Shown: positions 8,589 through 18,776 of the stretch, in pieces
Position numbering within the stretch: position 1 is the stretch's first letter
Layout: each line of letters starts with the position of its first letter
NCBI GenBank assembly: GCA_964385615.1
Contig: CAYLPP010000013.1
Span: 8,130 to 72,129 of the forward strand
Direction: 5' to 3'
Source: an uncultured bacterium
GTDB lineage: Bacteria > Omnitrophota > Omnitrophia > Omnitrophales > Aquincolibacteriaceae
DNA: 64,000 nucleotides
Program-made: the position numbers and the translations under genes
The notes under the pieces: generated by a model
Seen by the model: only the letters and a program-made list of their open reading frames with translations
Databases searched by the model: none
Told to the model about the DNA's origin: nothing

Positions 8589-9585
8589 GAACGGATTTGT
8601 TTCAAAAATGGTTCTGCCTTTGCTGGATGTCGCCTCAGGGATTTATGGGGTCGCGTCAGGAACCACGAGGAATTTTTACGAAAAAAGCATTTTAAAACCC
8701 AAACAGCTTCCTTTCCCGGTGATTAGCATCGGGAATCTGACTTGGGGCGGTACCGGGAAAACTCCGCTGGTGGAATATGTTGCGCGCCGGATCACGGAGC
8801 GTCAGCGCACGCCTTTGATTCTGACCCGCGGTTATGGGAAGGATGAAGTTGAGCAGTACCGTCAGCATATGCCCCGCGCCGTCATCGGTGTCGGAAAGAA
8901 CCGCGTGCAGGTGGCCGACGAAATTATTCAGAAGCAGAAAGTGGATGCCGCGATTCTGGATGACGGTATGCAGCACTGGCCGATCCGCCGTGATTTTGAA
9001 ATTGTCACCCTCAGCGCTTTAAATCCTTTTGGAAACGGCAAGCTGATTCCTCGCGGGATTCTGCGCGAACCGGTGGCTCAGCTGCGCCGGGCTTCCGCGG
9101 TGGTCATTACTCATTCCGACCTGATCGCGGTCAAGGAGCTTCATGAGCTGAAGGAAATGGTGCATCAGAAAGCCCCGGAAGCCGTGATCGCCGAAGCTTA
9201 TCTGGAGCCTTTGTTTTTTTACCGCGCCAAGAAAAAAGCGCGGGTTCCTATTACGAAGCTTCAAGGTCAGAAAGTGACGACTTTTTCGGGTTTGGGTTCT
9301 CCCCGGTCTTTCCGGCTCCTGCTTTCCAAAATGAAAATCAAGGCGGTCCGCAATTTCGAGTTCAGCGACCATCATGTTTTCACGGAAAAAGAATTGAAAG
9401 AGATTAAAGAAGTCAGCGATACGGCCTACATTGAAGAAATCGTAACCACGGAAAAAGATTTCTTTAGGAGTCCGGCCATGATTTCCGAAATTTTGAACCC
9501 TCTCATTCTGGCGGCGCGTATGCGCATTCACAGCGGTGAAGAGGAATTCAACCGACGCCTGCTTAAGGTGCTGGAGCGTTCGTGA
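8542..9585 (+). CDS. lpxK: Tetraacyldisaccharide 4'-kinase
   Basis: Carries the GNLTWGGTGKTP P-loop characteristic of LpxK. The 5' end overlaps the waaA tail; alternative ATGs exist at 8551 and beyond. Confidence 0.85.
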   Translation: MFFMRDYFRRLAEGYENGFVSKMVLPLLDVASGIYGVASGTTRNFYEKSILKPKQLPFPVISIGNLTWGGTGKTPLVEYVARRITERQRTPLILTRGYGKDEVEQYRQHMPRAVIGVGKNRVQVADEIIQKQKVDAAILDDGMQHWPIRRDFEIVTLSALNPFGNGKLIPRGILREPVAQLRRASAVVITHSDLIAVKELHELKEMVHQKAPEAVIAEAYLEPLFFYRAKKKARVPITKLQGQKVTTFSGLGSPRSFRLLLSKMKIKAVRNFEFSDHHVFTEKELKEIKEVSDTAYIEEIVTTEKDFFRSPAMISEILNPLILAARMRIHSGEEEFNRRLLKVLERS

Positions 9586-11528
9586 GAGATGTTCTGGACA
9601 GTCTCGGAGCGGCCGGGCTCAAGGCCGTTTCGGGATTTATAACCAGTCTTCCCAATGAAACATCCGCGGGGCTTGGAAGATTTTTGGGTTCCTGCGTGTT
9701 CCGGTTTCATTCCCGCCGGCGTGTAGCCTACGCGGATCTGAAAGCTGCTTTCGGCGCGAAGTTCACCGAAAAACAGCGCTGGGACATTGTTAAGAAGCAA
9801 TATCAGCATATTGTTCAGTCCGGCCTGGAAATTTTGAAACTCCCGGCCCTCGGGAAAATACCTCCGCGTGATCTTTTTGAAGTTCATACGTCGCAGGCTT
9901 TTTTTGATGAACTCAAAGAAAACCAGGGCGGGATTTATCTGACCGGGCATTTCGGGAACTGGGAAATGCTCCAGCTTTTCGCGCAAAGCGAGAACCGCTC
10001 CGTGGCCGTATTGGCGCGTGAACAAAAATTTCCGCGCATGAATGAAATCGTCAACCGTATCCGCGAAGCCGCGGGGTTTCATGTGATCAGCACGGGAATG
10101 GGAGTGCGCGGGCTTTTCCGCAGTCTCCGGCGCAAGGAATTGATCGGGCTTCTGGGGGATCAGGATGCCGGAAAAAACGGGGGGCTGATCCTTCCTTTTC
10201 TGGGGCGGAAAACCACAGTACCGACCGGCGCTTTTGAGTTGGCAGCGCGCGCGCAGGCAAGGCTTTACCCGATTTTCATGGTCCGGCGGGGTAATAAAAC
10301 CTTTTACGATATTTATGTTTACCCGGCTCTGAAATTTCAGTCGGACAGTGAACAGGAAATGACCGAAGGCGCGAAACGGTACCTGGCTCTTCTGGAAGAG
10401 CATCTTTCGAAAAATCCTGAACAATGGCTTTGGGGTGTGAAACGCTGGAAATACAGCTGGACTAAACGAATTCTGATTTTGTCGGATGGAAAACCCGGGC
10501 ACGTTAAACAGTCTGAAGGAATTGCCGCACAGTTTGAGCGCATTGATACTCAATACGGCCGGCCGGGCATGGAATATCCCGTGACTACACTTAAAGTCGA
10601 ATACCTTTCACGTCTCCACCGGGTTTTGTTTCCGGTGTTCGCGCTTTTTTTTCTTCCCTGGGCGCAAGGAAGAATGAGTGTTTTGAAGTATTTTTTTAAA
10701 AAGGAAACTGTGGAAGCTCTTGTTAATCTCAGCGCGGATTTTGTGATTTCAGCCGGCTCCGGTTTGGCTCCGCTCAATCTCTGCCTGGCCCGGGACTGCC
10801 GTGCCAAGAGCCTTGTGGCCATGAATCCCGCATTTCCTTTTAATCTTTTCCGCTACGATCTGGCGCTGGTACCCGCGCATGATCAAGGAATTCTTCCGGA
10901 AGGGACTCTGCGCACTTTGATTACGCCGGCCAGAATGGAAGCCGGTGAAATGGAAAACGCGGCCGGAAAACTCGCGGCTGGTATGCGGGCGCCTGAAAAA
11001 AACGGAGTTGCCGTTTTTTTAGGCGGTTCGACGCGGCACTTCTCTCTGCGCCTTAAAGATATTCAAAGTCTCTTTGAAATCCTTAACCGCGTTGCGGAAA
11101 AAACGGGCGATTATATGGTCACCACTTCCCGCCGTACTTCGGAAGACATCTGCGGTTATCTCAAACAATCGGTGGCCGGTCATGCCAATTGCCAGCTTTT
11201 AGTTATTGCCAAAGAAGACAGCCGGCCCGAAGTGGTTCCCGGGATGATGACTCTGGCGGATATTCTGATTGTGACCGAAGACAGTGTTTCCATGATTTCC
11301 GAAGCGCTTCGCTCCGGGAAGAAAGTGGTAGTTCTCAGCCTGGATTCGGAAGGGCTTCCCAAAAAACACCGGCGTTTTCACGATATCCTCGCAAGTGAAT
11401 CTGCCGTGATTTCAGCGGACCTCGGGAATCTGGAAGAAAAACTTTTAAACCTGAATCTTCACCCGGCTACGGATTTGGTCGCGCGTCAGGATCAGATGCT
11501 TAAAAAGAGATTGCAGGAGATTTTGTGA
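9582..11528 (+). CDS. Lipid A biosynthesis acyltransferase (LpxL/HtrB family) fused to a C-terminal ELM1/DUF1022-like domain
   Basis: The N-terminal ~290 aa carry the HFGNWE acyltransferase motif and an LpxL-like fold. The C-terminal ~350 aa begin ILILSDGKPGHVKQSEGIA, an ELM1-family signature I recall as a GT-B-like domain that often neighbours LPS genes. Confidence 0.65.
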   Translation: MRDVLDSLGAAGLKAVSGFITSLPNETSAGLGRFLGSCVFRFHSRRRVAYADLKAAFGAKFTEKQRWDIVKKQYQHIVQSGLEILKLPALGKIPPRDLFEVHTSQAFFDELKENQGGIYLTGHFGNWEMLQLFAQSENRSVAVLAREQKFPRMNEIVNRIREAAGFHVISTGMGVRGLFRSLRRKELIGLLGDQDAGKNGGLILPFLGRKTTVPTGAFELAARAQARLYPIFMVRRGNKTFYDIYVYPALKFQSDSEQEMTEGAKRYLALLEEHLSKNPEQWLWGVKRWKYSWTKRILILSDGKPGHVKQSEGIAAQFERIDTQYGRPGMEYPVTTLKVEYLSRLHRVLFPVFALFFLPWAQGRMSVLKYFFKKETVEALVNLSADFVISAGSGLAPLNLCLARDCRAKSLVAMNPAFPFNLFRYDLALVPAHDQGILPEGTLRTLITPARMEAGEMENAAGKLAAGMRAPEKNGVAVFLGGSTRHFSLRLKDIQSLFEILNRVAEKTGDYMVTTSRRTSEDICGYLKQSVAGHANCQLLVIAKEDSRPEVVPGMMTLADILIVTEDSVSMISEALRSGKKVVVLSLDSEGLPKKHRRFHDILASESAVISADLGNLEEKLLNLNLHPATDLVARQDQMLKKRLQEIL

Positions 11529-13642
11529 AAGTTCTTCAACTGCTTCCGTCCTTACATGTCGGCGGTGTCGAACGCGGAGTGGTAGACCTTGCCCGGGCCA
11601 TGAAAAAACGCGGGGAACACGCCGTTGTGGTTTCTTCCGGGGGGGAGCTTGTCGCGGAACTTCAAAAAATTGGAGTTCCGCACTACGCGCTTCCGGTTCA
11701 TAAAAAAAACCTGACGACACTGGCGATGGTTCCCAAGCTTGTTGAAATTATCCAGCGGGAGAGAATCGACATTGTTCACGGCCGGAGCCGTGTTCCTGCC
11801 TGGGCCGGCTGGCTGGCCGCGCGGAAAGCCGGAGTGCCTTTTGTCACGACCTGTCACGGTTATTATAAGGCCCATCCGCTCAGCCGTGTCATGGGCTGGG
11901 GAAAAAAAGTTATCGCTATTTCCCGCGTGATCGCGCGGCACATGATTGATGATTTTGGTGTTTCTCCCGACCGTATCCGCCTGGTTCACCGGGGCGTGGA
12001 TCTGAGCCAGTTTCCCGCCAGACCCGCGAAACGTGACCGCTCCGGTCCGCTGCGTATCGTCAATGTCGGCAGGCTTTCTCCGATCAAGGGGCAGGTGGAA
12101 TTTTTGAAATCCGTGCACAAAATGAAAAGCCGGCTGGAACAGCCGTTTGAAGTCTTACTTATTGGTTCTGAAGGAAAAGGTAAAACGAAATACACGGAGC
12201 TTCTCCAGAAAACGATTAAACAGCTGGAGCTGGAATCTTGCGTTCAGATGCTGGGAACCCGGCGTGATATCGCCGAACTGATTGCAAGTTCGGACCTCCT
12301 GGTGCTTTCAACGTTGGTGCCGGAAGCCTTTGGCCGGGTGATCATTGAAGCCGGGGCAGTGGGAACTCCCGTGCTGACGACCAAGCTTGGGGGGATTCTG
12401 GATATTATTGATCACGGTCAAAACGGACTTTTGGTTGAGCCGGGAGATATTGAGGGGATGGCTTCCGGAATGATGGAAATTTTAAATAATCCGGACCGCG
12501 CCGCGGAAATGGCGGCGAATTTACGCGCGAAAGTAGAGCGGGAATTTACGCTTGATCAGATGGTTGAAAAAACCCTGCAGGTTTACCGGGAAGCGCTTCC
12601 TGAAAAAAATATTTTGGTTATTAAACTCGGCGCGGTAGGGGACGTGATTCTGGCCGTGCCCAGTCTGCGTATGCTTCGTGAAAAATTTCCGCAGGCGCGG
12701 ATTCAAATGCTGGTGGATAAAAAAATAGCCGGTTTGGTTTCAAAAGCGCCCTATTTGAACGGAATCATTACCGTGGACCGTTCTAAAATTTCGAATTGGA
12801 CTTACCTGCGGAAATTGGCCGGGCGTCTTCGCCGGGAAGGTTTTGATGCTTCCGTGGATCTTCAAAATTCGAAGTGGACGCATTTATTGGCGTTTCTTTC
12901 AGGAATTCCGGAGCGCTACGGTTTTTCCAGAAAACCGTTCGGGTTTCTTTTGAACCGGGGCGAGCGGTACGCGGTAATTGCCGAACCGCCCGTGAAAAAT
13001 CAGTACCGTGTTCTTTCTAAAATGGGAATCCGTAATCTGGATGAAACGCTTGAACTCTGGTCGGATGATGAAAACCGCGCTAAAATTGAAAACCTGCTCG
13101 GAGAAGATGTGTTGAGACAGGGAGTTCCCCGTGTCGGTCTGGTGGTCGGCTCCAGCCCTAAATGGGAAACTAAAAGATGGCCGGCTTCTTATTTCCGCGA
13201 ACTGGCCGGACGGCTTTCCCGGGAGCTGAATTGTAAAATCGTGCTGATGGGTTCTTCGGACGATGAAGCGGCCGCGGTCTGGGCCACGGATTTTGACGCG
13301 GTCATTAATCTGGTTGGGAAAACGTCCCTTCGTGATCTGGTTCCGTTGATGCAGAAAATGGACGTAGTCGTCAGCGGAGATACCGCACCTTTGCATGTCG
13401 CCGCGGCCATGAAAACCCGGATCGTCGCGCTGTTCGGGCCGACGGACCCGAAACGGCATATGCCGCCTTCCAATCACGCGGCGGTGCTGAGCCGTAATCT
13501 TCCGTGTCAGCCGTGTTATCAGGGAACCTGCGCCATCGAAGACAAGCTGGCCTGCCTGAAAAAAATTTCAGTTGATGAAGTTTTTTTAGCGGTTAAAAGG
13601 CATTTAACCGCTTTGAACCGTTTTGAAAATGTGTCTCAATAA
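11525..13642 (+). CDS. Two-domain glycosyltransferase: N-terminal GT4 (GT-B) fused to a C-terminal GT9 heptosyltransferase-like domain
   Basis: The N-terminus (MKVLQLLPSLHVGGVERGVVDLA...EAFGRVIIEAGAVGTPVL) is GT4-like. The C-terminal half (ILVIKLGAVGDVILAVPSLRMLREKFP...GDTAPLHVAAAM) is GT9 (RfaF/WaaC/WaaQ-like). Confidence 0.7.
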   Translation: MKVLQLLPSLHVGGVERGVVDLARAMKKRGEHAVVVSSGGELVAELQKIGVPHYALPVHKKNLTTLAMVPKLVEIIQRERIDIVHGRSRVPAWAGWLAARKAGVPFVTTCHGYYKAHPLSRVMGWGKKVIAISRVIARHMIDDFGVSPDRIRLVHRGVDLSQFPARPAKRDRSGPLRIVNVGRLSPIKGQVEFLKSVHKMKSRLEQPFEVLLIGSEGKGKTKYTELLQKTIKQLELESCVQMLGTRRDIAELIASSDLLVLSTLVPEAFGRVIIEAGAVGTPVLTTKLGGILDIIDHGQNGLLVEPGDIEGMASGMMEILNNPDRAAEMAANLRAKVEREFTLDQMVEKTLQVYREALPEKNILVIKLGAVGDVILAVPSLRMLREKFPQARIQMLVDKKIAGLVSKAPYLNGIITVDRSKISNWTYLRKLAGRLRREGFDASVDLQNSKWTHLLAFLSGIPERYGFSRKPFGFLLNRGERYAVIAEPPVKNQYRVLSKMGIRNLDETLELWSDDENRAKIENLLGEDVLRQGVPRVGLVVGSSPKWETKRWPASYFRELAGRLSRELNCKIVLMGSSDDEAAAVWATDFDAVINLVGKTSLRDLVPLMQKMDVVVSGDTAPLHVAAAMKTRIVALFGPTDPKRHMPPSNHAAVLSRNLPCQPCYQGTCAIEDKLACLKKISVDEVFLAVKRHLTALNRFENVSQ

Positions 13643-13653
13643 CGGAAAATAAA

Positions 13654-15708
13654 ATGAAGAAAATTCTGGTCGTGACCAAAAACTGGCTGGGGGATATTCT
13701 TTTTGAGGTCCCCTCGATTCATCTGATCCGGGAAAAATTTCCCGAAGCCGAAATTGTGTGCATGGCCCCTCCGCGCTGCCGTGAGATTCTGGAGCGCAAT
13801 CCTGATATCAGCAGGGTTCTGGAGTTCGACGAGCGGGGAGCGCAAAAGTCTTTTTGGGCCCGGATTCAATTCATCCGAAAATTGCGCCGTGAAAAATTCG
13901 ACAAAGCTTTTTTATTCCACCGTTCGCGCACCCGTGCGTTTCTGCTTTTTCTGGGAGGGGTTAAAAAGCGGACGGGCTTCAAAACCAAATCCGGCTTTTT
14001 TCTTACGACGGCGGTTCCTGAGCCTTCTCATGATTTGCACCATGTGGATTATTTTATGGAACTGCTTAAAGCGGACGGATTTCAATGTCCAGCCGCGCCT
14101 TCCTATAAGTTTTATTTTTCAAAAGAAGATGGACAGCGGGCTTCAAGAATTCTTCAGCAGCATGGTGTCAGCGCGCCTTATATCTGCTTTCATCTGGGCG
14201 CGAATTGGGAGCATAAGCGCTGGCCTCTTGAGCATTTCGCGGCTTTAGCGGATCTGCTTTCTCAAAAAACAAAAGCGGCGGTTGTTCTGACCGGGTCGCG
14301 CGGTGACGGTAAATTGGCGCGCAAAATGCTTTCTTACACTCAGGCGTCACACCCCGTGGATATTACGGGCCGCACTTCGCTGGGAGAACTGGCTGGAGTT
14401 TTCAGTGGCGCTTCTTTTGTGGTATCCGCCGATTCCGGGCCCATGCATATTGCTTCCGGCGTGGGCGCGCGCGTGATGGCAATTTTTGGACCGACGGATC
14501 CCAAATTAACGGGGCCCCGGGGTACCGGCGATACAATTGTGCTGAGTCATATTCCCGAAGGGTATACCGTTCCCTGGTATGGGAAAAAACTTCCCGTGGA
14601 AGGATGGCTGTCTTTTATCACACCGGAACGTGTGATGACGGCGCTGGAAGAAAAAGGCTGGCTTCGCGGTTTTTCAGGGGAGCATCCGGCTTTTACCGGC
14701 CCCGCGGAAGCCGGCGTGGACAAAAAAGGAAACCTGCTGTTTGTCACACTGAGTAATATTGGAGATGTTATTTTAACCATGCCCGCGCTGACTGCGGCGG
14801 CCCGGCATTATCCAGGCGCTTCAGTGACGGTGGTTTGCGGGCCAAAAGCCGCGTCCCTGCTTACCGGAAGCCGGTGGGTAGACCGTCTTTTGATTTACGA
14901 TAAGAAAGCTTCCTGGAAAGAAAAACTTCAATTTTTGAAAGAACTGCGTAAAACACGCTACGATTGTGTGGTTGATTTGCGTAATTCCGCGATGCCTTTT
15001 CTTGTTTCCGCTAAAAAGCGCAGCCCGGTTTTTCGGCGTTTCCGTTCGGTGTCGATGCGCGAAAGGCACCTGGAAGTGCTTGAAAAGATGAGGCTTCAAG
15101 CGGAAACTCCGTCTGTTTTTGATTTTTTTAACGCGGAGGATGAACGCAGGCTTCTGCATAAGTTGAAATACAAAGGCGTCCGCGGGGATAAAGATTGGAT
15201 TGTGATCGCGCCGGTCGCGGCCAGCAGTGTCAAGACATGGCGTTTGGAAGGTTTTAGGGAAGTCATCCGCAGGCTTCTGGATGAACAAAATAAAGATATT
15301 ATTCTCGTGGGCGATTCCGGCGCCGTCGACGCTTGCCGTTCGCTGATAGGGGAAGACCGTCACCGGGTTTTTAGTTTAGCGGGTGAGACCCCATTGAGGG
15401 AATTAGCCGTGCTGGTTTCCCGCTCCGCGCTGGTTCTTGCTAATGACAGCGCCGTCATGCATCTAGCCCATGAAATGGACCGCGCGGTGGTCAGTTTGTT
15501 TGGCCCTACGAATCACGAAAAATACGGCCGTTCCGGTCCCCACTGGAGAATTGTCCGCGAAGGCGTGAAGTGTTCGCCGTGTGAAGCCGCGCAATGCCGT
15601 TTTGAACGTCAAAGCTGTTTCGAAGATTTAAGATCCGAAAAAGTTTTTCAGGCCTGCATGGAAGTCATGAACACTTTCAACGGCGGTTTTGAAAAGCGTT
15701 ATGGCTGA
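13654..15708 (+). CDS. Tandem double GT9 heptosyltransferase-family protein (two complete GT9 domains)
   Basis: Domain 1 reads MKKILVVTKNWLGDILFEVPSIHLIREKFP...DSGPMHIASGVG. Domain 2 reads LLFVTLSNIGDVILTMPALTAAARHYP...NDSAVMHLAHEM. Confidence 0.75.
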   Translation: MKKILVVTKNWLGDILFEVPSIHLIREKFPEAEIVCMAPPRCREILERNPDISRVLEFDERGAQKSFWARIQFIRKLRREKFDKAFLFHRSRTRAFLLFLGGVKKRTGFKTKSGFFLTTAVPEPSHDLHHVDYFMELLKADGFQCPAAPSYKFYFSKEDGQRASRILQQHGVSAPYICFHLGANWEHKRWPLEHFAALADLLSQKTKAAVVLTGSRGDGKLARKMLSYTQASHPVDITGRTSLGELAGVFSGASFVVSADSGPMHIASGVGARVMAIFGPTDPKLTGPRGTGDTIVLSHIPEGYTVPWYGKKLPVEGWLSFITPERVMTALEEKGWLRGFSGEHPAFTGPAEAGVDKKGNLLFVTLSNIGDVILTMPALTAAARHYPGASVTVVCGPKAASLLTGSRWVDRLLIYDKKASWKEKLQFLKELRKTRYDCVVDLRNSAMPFLVSAKKRSPVFRRFRSVSMRERHLEVLEKMRLQAETPSVFDFFNAEDERRLLHKLKYKGVRGDKDWIVIAPVAASSVKTWRLEGFREVIRRLLDEQNKDIILVGDSGAVDACRSLIGEDRHRVFSLAGETPLRELAVLVSRSALVLANDSAVMHLAHEMDRAVVSLFGPTNHEKYGRSGPHWRIVREGVKCSPCEAAQCRFERQSCFEDLRSEKVFQACMEVMNTFNGGFEKRYG

Positions 15709-16774
15709 AATTTCTCTTCCTGAAAATCCCCGAATTCTTGTGACGCGCGCCGACCGGATCGGCGATCTGGTTCTTTCCACCCCTGTTTTTCCGGAACTCC
15801 GCAAACGGTTTCCATCCGCCTATATCGCCGCCCTGACTTTTACTGAAAACCGGCAGGTGCTTGAAGGTAACCCTTATCTTGATGAGGTTATTCTTTACGA
15901 TAAAAAAGGCGCTCAGAAAAATTTTTCAGGCGTTCTCGCCTTTGCTTCTCAAATTTCAAAAAAGAAATTTGATGTTGTCATCCATCTGCACGCGACTAAC
16001 CGAATGCACCTCATGAGCCAGCTGGCCCGAATTCCGGTACGCGTCGGCTGGAACCGGCGCATGGCTTGGGCGCTGACGCATGCTTTTGACGATGTTAAAA
16101 AAGAAGGGAAAAAGCATGAGGTTGAATACAATTTTGATCTGCTGGCCCCGCTGGGAATTTCTTCTCCGGAAAAACCGGAGCTTTATTTCCCGGTCCCGGA
16201 AAATAAAGAAGAAAAAATCCGTGAACTTATAAAAGCGCGCGGAATTTCCGCGGACAGACCGCTTATTGTTTTCAGTCCCAGTGCCAGCTGTCCCTCTAAA
16301 AGATGGCCGGCAGAGCGTTTCGGCCGGCTGGCCGACTTGCTTGCCGTGAAGCGTCCGGCCTGGTTCGCGGCGATCGGTACGCCGGCTGACCAGCCGTTGA
16401 TCAAAAAGATTCAAGATCAGGCCAAGGTTCGGGTGGAAGATTTCTCGGGGCAGTTTAATCTGGCCGAACTGGGGGCATTTTTAAAAAGCGCGGTTCTGCT
16501 GGTGACGAATGATTCCGGCCCCGCGCATATCGCGGCCGCGGTCGGAACCCCTGTGGTTTCGGTTTTCGGGCGAAGACAGCCGGGTCTTTCTCCCAAACGC
16601 TGGAGACCGTTGGGGGATCAAAGCCGGTTTGTCTGGAAAGACGTGGGTTGTGACCCCTGCCTCGCTCATGAATGTCAGATTCATTTTTTATGCCTGGATG
16701 TTATTTCGGAAGAAGATGTTCTTTCCGCCATTGAAACGGTAGACGGCTCCAGGCGGGAAAGGTTCGTTGAATGA
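15689..16774 (+). CDS. GT9 ADP-heptose:LPS heptosyltransferase-family protein
   Basis: ILVTRADRIGDLVLSTPVFPELRKRFP...NDSGPAHIAAAVGTPVVSVFG. Confidence 0.75.
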   Translation: MKSVMAEISLPENPRILVTRADRIGDLVLSTPVFPELRKRFPSAYIAALTFTENRQVLEGNPYLDEVILYDKKGAQKNFSGVLAFASQISKKKFDVVIHLHATNRMHLMSQLARIPVRVGWNRRMAWALTHAFDDVKKEGKKHEVEYNFDLLAPLGISSPEKPELYFPVPENKEEKIRELIKARGISADRPLIVFSPSASCPSKRWPAERFGRLADLLAVKRPAWFAAIGTPADQPLIKKIQDQAKVRVEDFSGQFNLAELGAFLKSAVLLVTNDSGPAHIAAAVGTPVVSVFGRRQPGLSPKRWRPLGDQSRFVWKDVGCDPCLAHECQIHFLCLDVISEEDVLSAIETVDGSRRERFVE

Positions 16775-17844
16775 TCCGCAGGGTTTTAATTGTCCAGCCT
16801 TATGGAATTGGAGACCTCCTTTTTTTAACTCCGGTTTTCCGCGCGTTAAAAAAAATGCCGGGCATTGAGCGCGTGGATCTGCTTCTGGGTTCCCGCACGG
16901 AAGCCGTGGTTACGGGTAACCCCAATATTGACAGAATCGATTCGATCGACAAAGACGTCTGGCACCGCGAGGGAAATTTACGTGCTTTACGCGATCTTTG
17001 GAATTTGACCCGGAAATACCGGAAGGAAAAGTACGATCTGATGCTGGATTATTCTTTGAGGGGCGAATATGGGTTTATGGCCGCCTTTTTGTGGGGGATT
17101 CCGGTTCGGGCCGGGTTCGATTACAAACGGCGCGGATTTTTTCATAACGTAAAAACGGCTATTCCTTCAGGTTTCGAAAAGAAACATGTGACGGATTATT
17201 TTTGCGGGCTCGCGGAGAAATGCGGTATTCCAGTTGCGGATAAAGCGATGGAATATTTCGTGTCTCCGCGCGAAGATGCCGCCGCCGGGGAAATTTTAAA
17301 AAAAGAAAACGCGCAACGGTTTCTCGCGGTAACGGTAGGAGGCGGAGAATCCTGGGGAAAAGACGCGCATTTTAAACGCTGGCCGGCCCGTTATTTCGCG
17401 CGGCTGTCGGAAAAACTTATGAACCGTTACGGGTTGAGTCACGTTATTTTGCTCGGCAGTCCGGGGGAAAGGGAGTTGGCCGGCGATTTTTTAAAAAATT
17501 TTTCCGGTCCCGCTTTAAACCTTTGCGGAAAAACCAATCTTGGAATTTCAACGGCGCTGATTCAAAAAGCCGCGCTCTTTTTGGGTAACGACGGGGGGCT
17601 CATGCATCTGGCTCATGCCCTTAAAACACCGGTTGCCGCGCTGTTTGGCCCGGTCGATCCCGCTGTTTACGGGCCTTATCCTTCAAGCCCTCAGGCGGTT
17701 GTTTCGGTTAAAAAGGATCTGGCTTGCCGGCCGTGTTATCAGAAATTCCGCTATAACAGCGCGTGTGAACACCGTGACTGCCTTCAGAAATTGACTCCCG
17801 AAGAAGTTCTCGCCGCCATCGAAGAAAAAAATATACGGATTTGA
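16771..17844 (+). CDS. GT9 ADP-heptose:LPS heptosyltransferase-family protein
   Basis: VLIVQPYGIGDLLFLTPVFRALKK...NDGGLMHLAHALKTPVAALFGP. Confidence 0.75.
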   Translation: MIRRVLIVQPYGIGDLLFLTPVFRALKKMPGIERVDLLLGSRTEAVVTGNPNIDRIDSIDKDVWHREGNLRALRDLWNLTRKYRKEKYDLMLDYSLRGEYGFMAAFLWGIPVRAGFDYKRRGFFHNVKTAIPSGFEKKHVTDYFCGLAEKCGIPVADKAMEYFVSPREDAAAGEILKKENAQRFLAVTVGGGESWGKDAHFKRWPARYFARLSEKLMNRYGLSHVILLGSPGERELAGDFLKNFSGPALNLCGKTNLGISTALIQKAALFLGNDGGLMHLAHALKTPVAALFGPVDPAVYGPYPSSPQAVVSVKKDLACRPCYQKFRYNSACEHRDCLQKLTPEEVLAAIEEKNIRI

Positions 17845-18776
17845 AGATGCGAATGAGTTCCTGCAGAGGCAGCTCGAAAGCCGGATTTTCAATGGAATGG
17901 AAAATCCGTGTCTTTCGCGCAGTGAAGCCCTCTCAAACCGGCTTTCTTGCTGGAGGGGTGAACGGTGCCGCCGCAGGAACTCTGAGCAGCTTTAAATCTT
18001 TTTTCGTTAAATTTTGTTTTTTATTTCTTTTGTTTCAACTGCTTGCGTTTGCGGAAGAGCCGGTGTTTGAGGCGGTGGAGATTCCGGCTAAAAAGCTATT
18101 CGTGGGTGAGACGCTGGTTTACGGTGTGAACTATCTGGGAATTCCGGTAGGCGAAGGCCGGGCGGAAGTTAAAGAAAAAATGATGTATGAAGGCCGTCCC
18201 GTCTATCACATTATCGTTACGGTTAAATCCTACGGCGCGATTGATTGGGTTTACAAAGTGCGTGATGAGCACCATTCTTACGTGGACGCTGAAAAATTCC
18301 ACTCGCTTTTTTACAGCAAAAAAATCCGGGAAGGCCGGCGTCAGCAGGAAGAAAGCATGAAATACGATCAGGAAGCGCACAGGGCGGTTTTTAAATCCGG
18401 AAACGATGAGAAAATATTGGAAATTAAACCGGACACGCAAGATCAGCTTTCGTGCGGTTATTTTTTTAGAACACTGAAGCTCGAAAGGAATAAGCCGGTT
18501 TTTATCCCTGTCCAGGCAGACGAAAAAAACTGGAGCCTGGAAGTCCGTCTGCATGAGGTCAACCCTGTCACGATTGAAGGCGTTGGGAAGTTTCAGGCAC
18601 TGGAAGCAGAACCTCTCATGAACTTTCAGGGGATTTTTTTCAGGAAAGGCAAGATACGCGGCTGGATCAGTCTTGACAAGAGAAGGATTCCGCTCAAAAT
18701 GACGGTCGGTATTCCTGTTTTGGGCCGGGTGACGGCTGAGCTTAAGGAATATATTCCAGGAAAAGATGAGTCATGA
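17841..18776 (+). CDS. Secreted DUF3108-like protein (true start probably downstream, e.g. GTG 17958, giving signal peptide ...FFVKFCFLFLLFQLLAFA)
   Basis: A signal peptide followed by a beta-rich domain (YGVNYLGIPVGEGRAEVKE...GWISLDKRRIPLKMTVGIPVLGRVTAELKEY). It resembles DUF3108, which is frequently encoded near LPS/Lpt genes; the family assignment is from memory. Confidence 0.5.
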   Translation: MKMRMSSCRGSSKAGFSMEWKIRVFRAVKPSQTGFLAGGVNGAAAGTLSSFKSFFVKFCFLFLLFQLLAFAEEPVFEAVEIPAKKLFVGETLVYGVNYLGIPVGEGRAEVKEKMMYEGRPVYHIIVTVKSYGAIDWVYKVRDEHHSYVDAEKFHSLFYSKKIREGRRQQEESMKYDQEAHRAVFKSGNDEKILEIKPDTQDQLSCGYFFRTLKLERNKPVFIPVQADEKNWSLEVRLHEVNPVTIEGVGKFQALEAEPLMNFQGIFFRKGKIRGWISLDKRRIPLKMTVGIPVLGRVTAELKEYIPGKDES

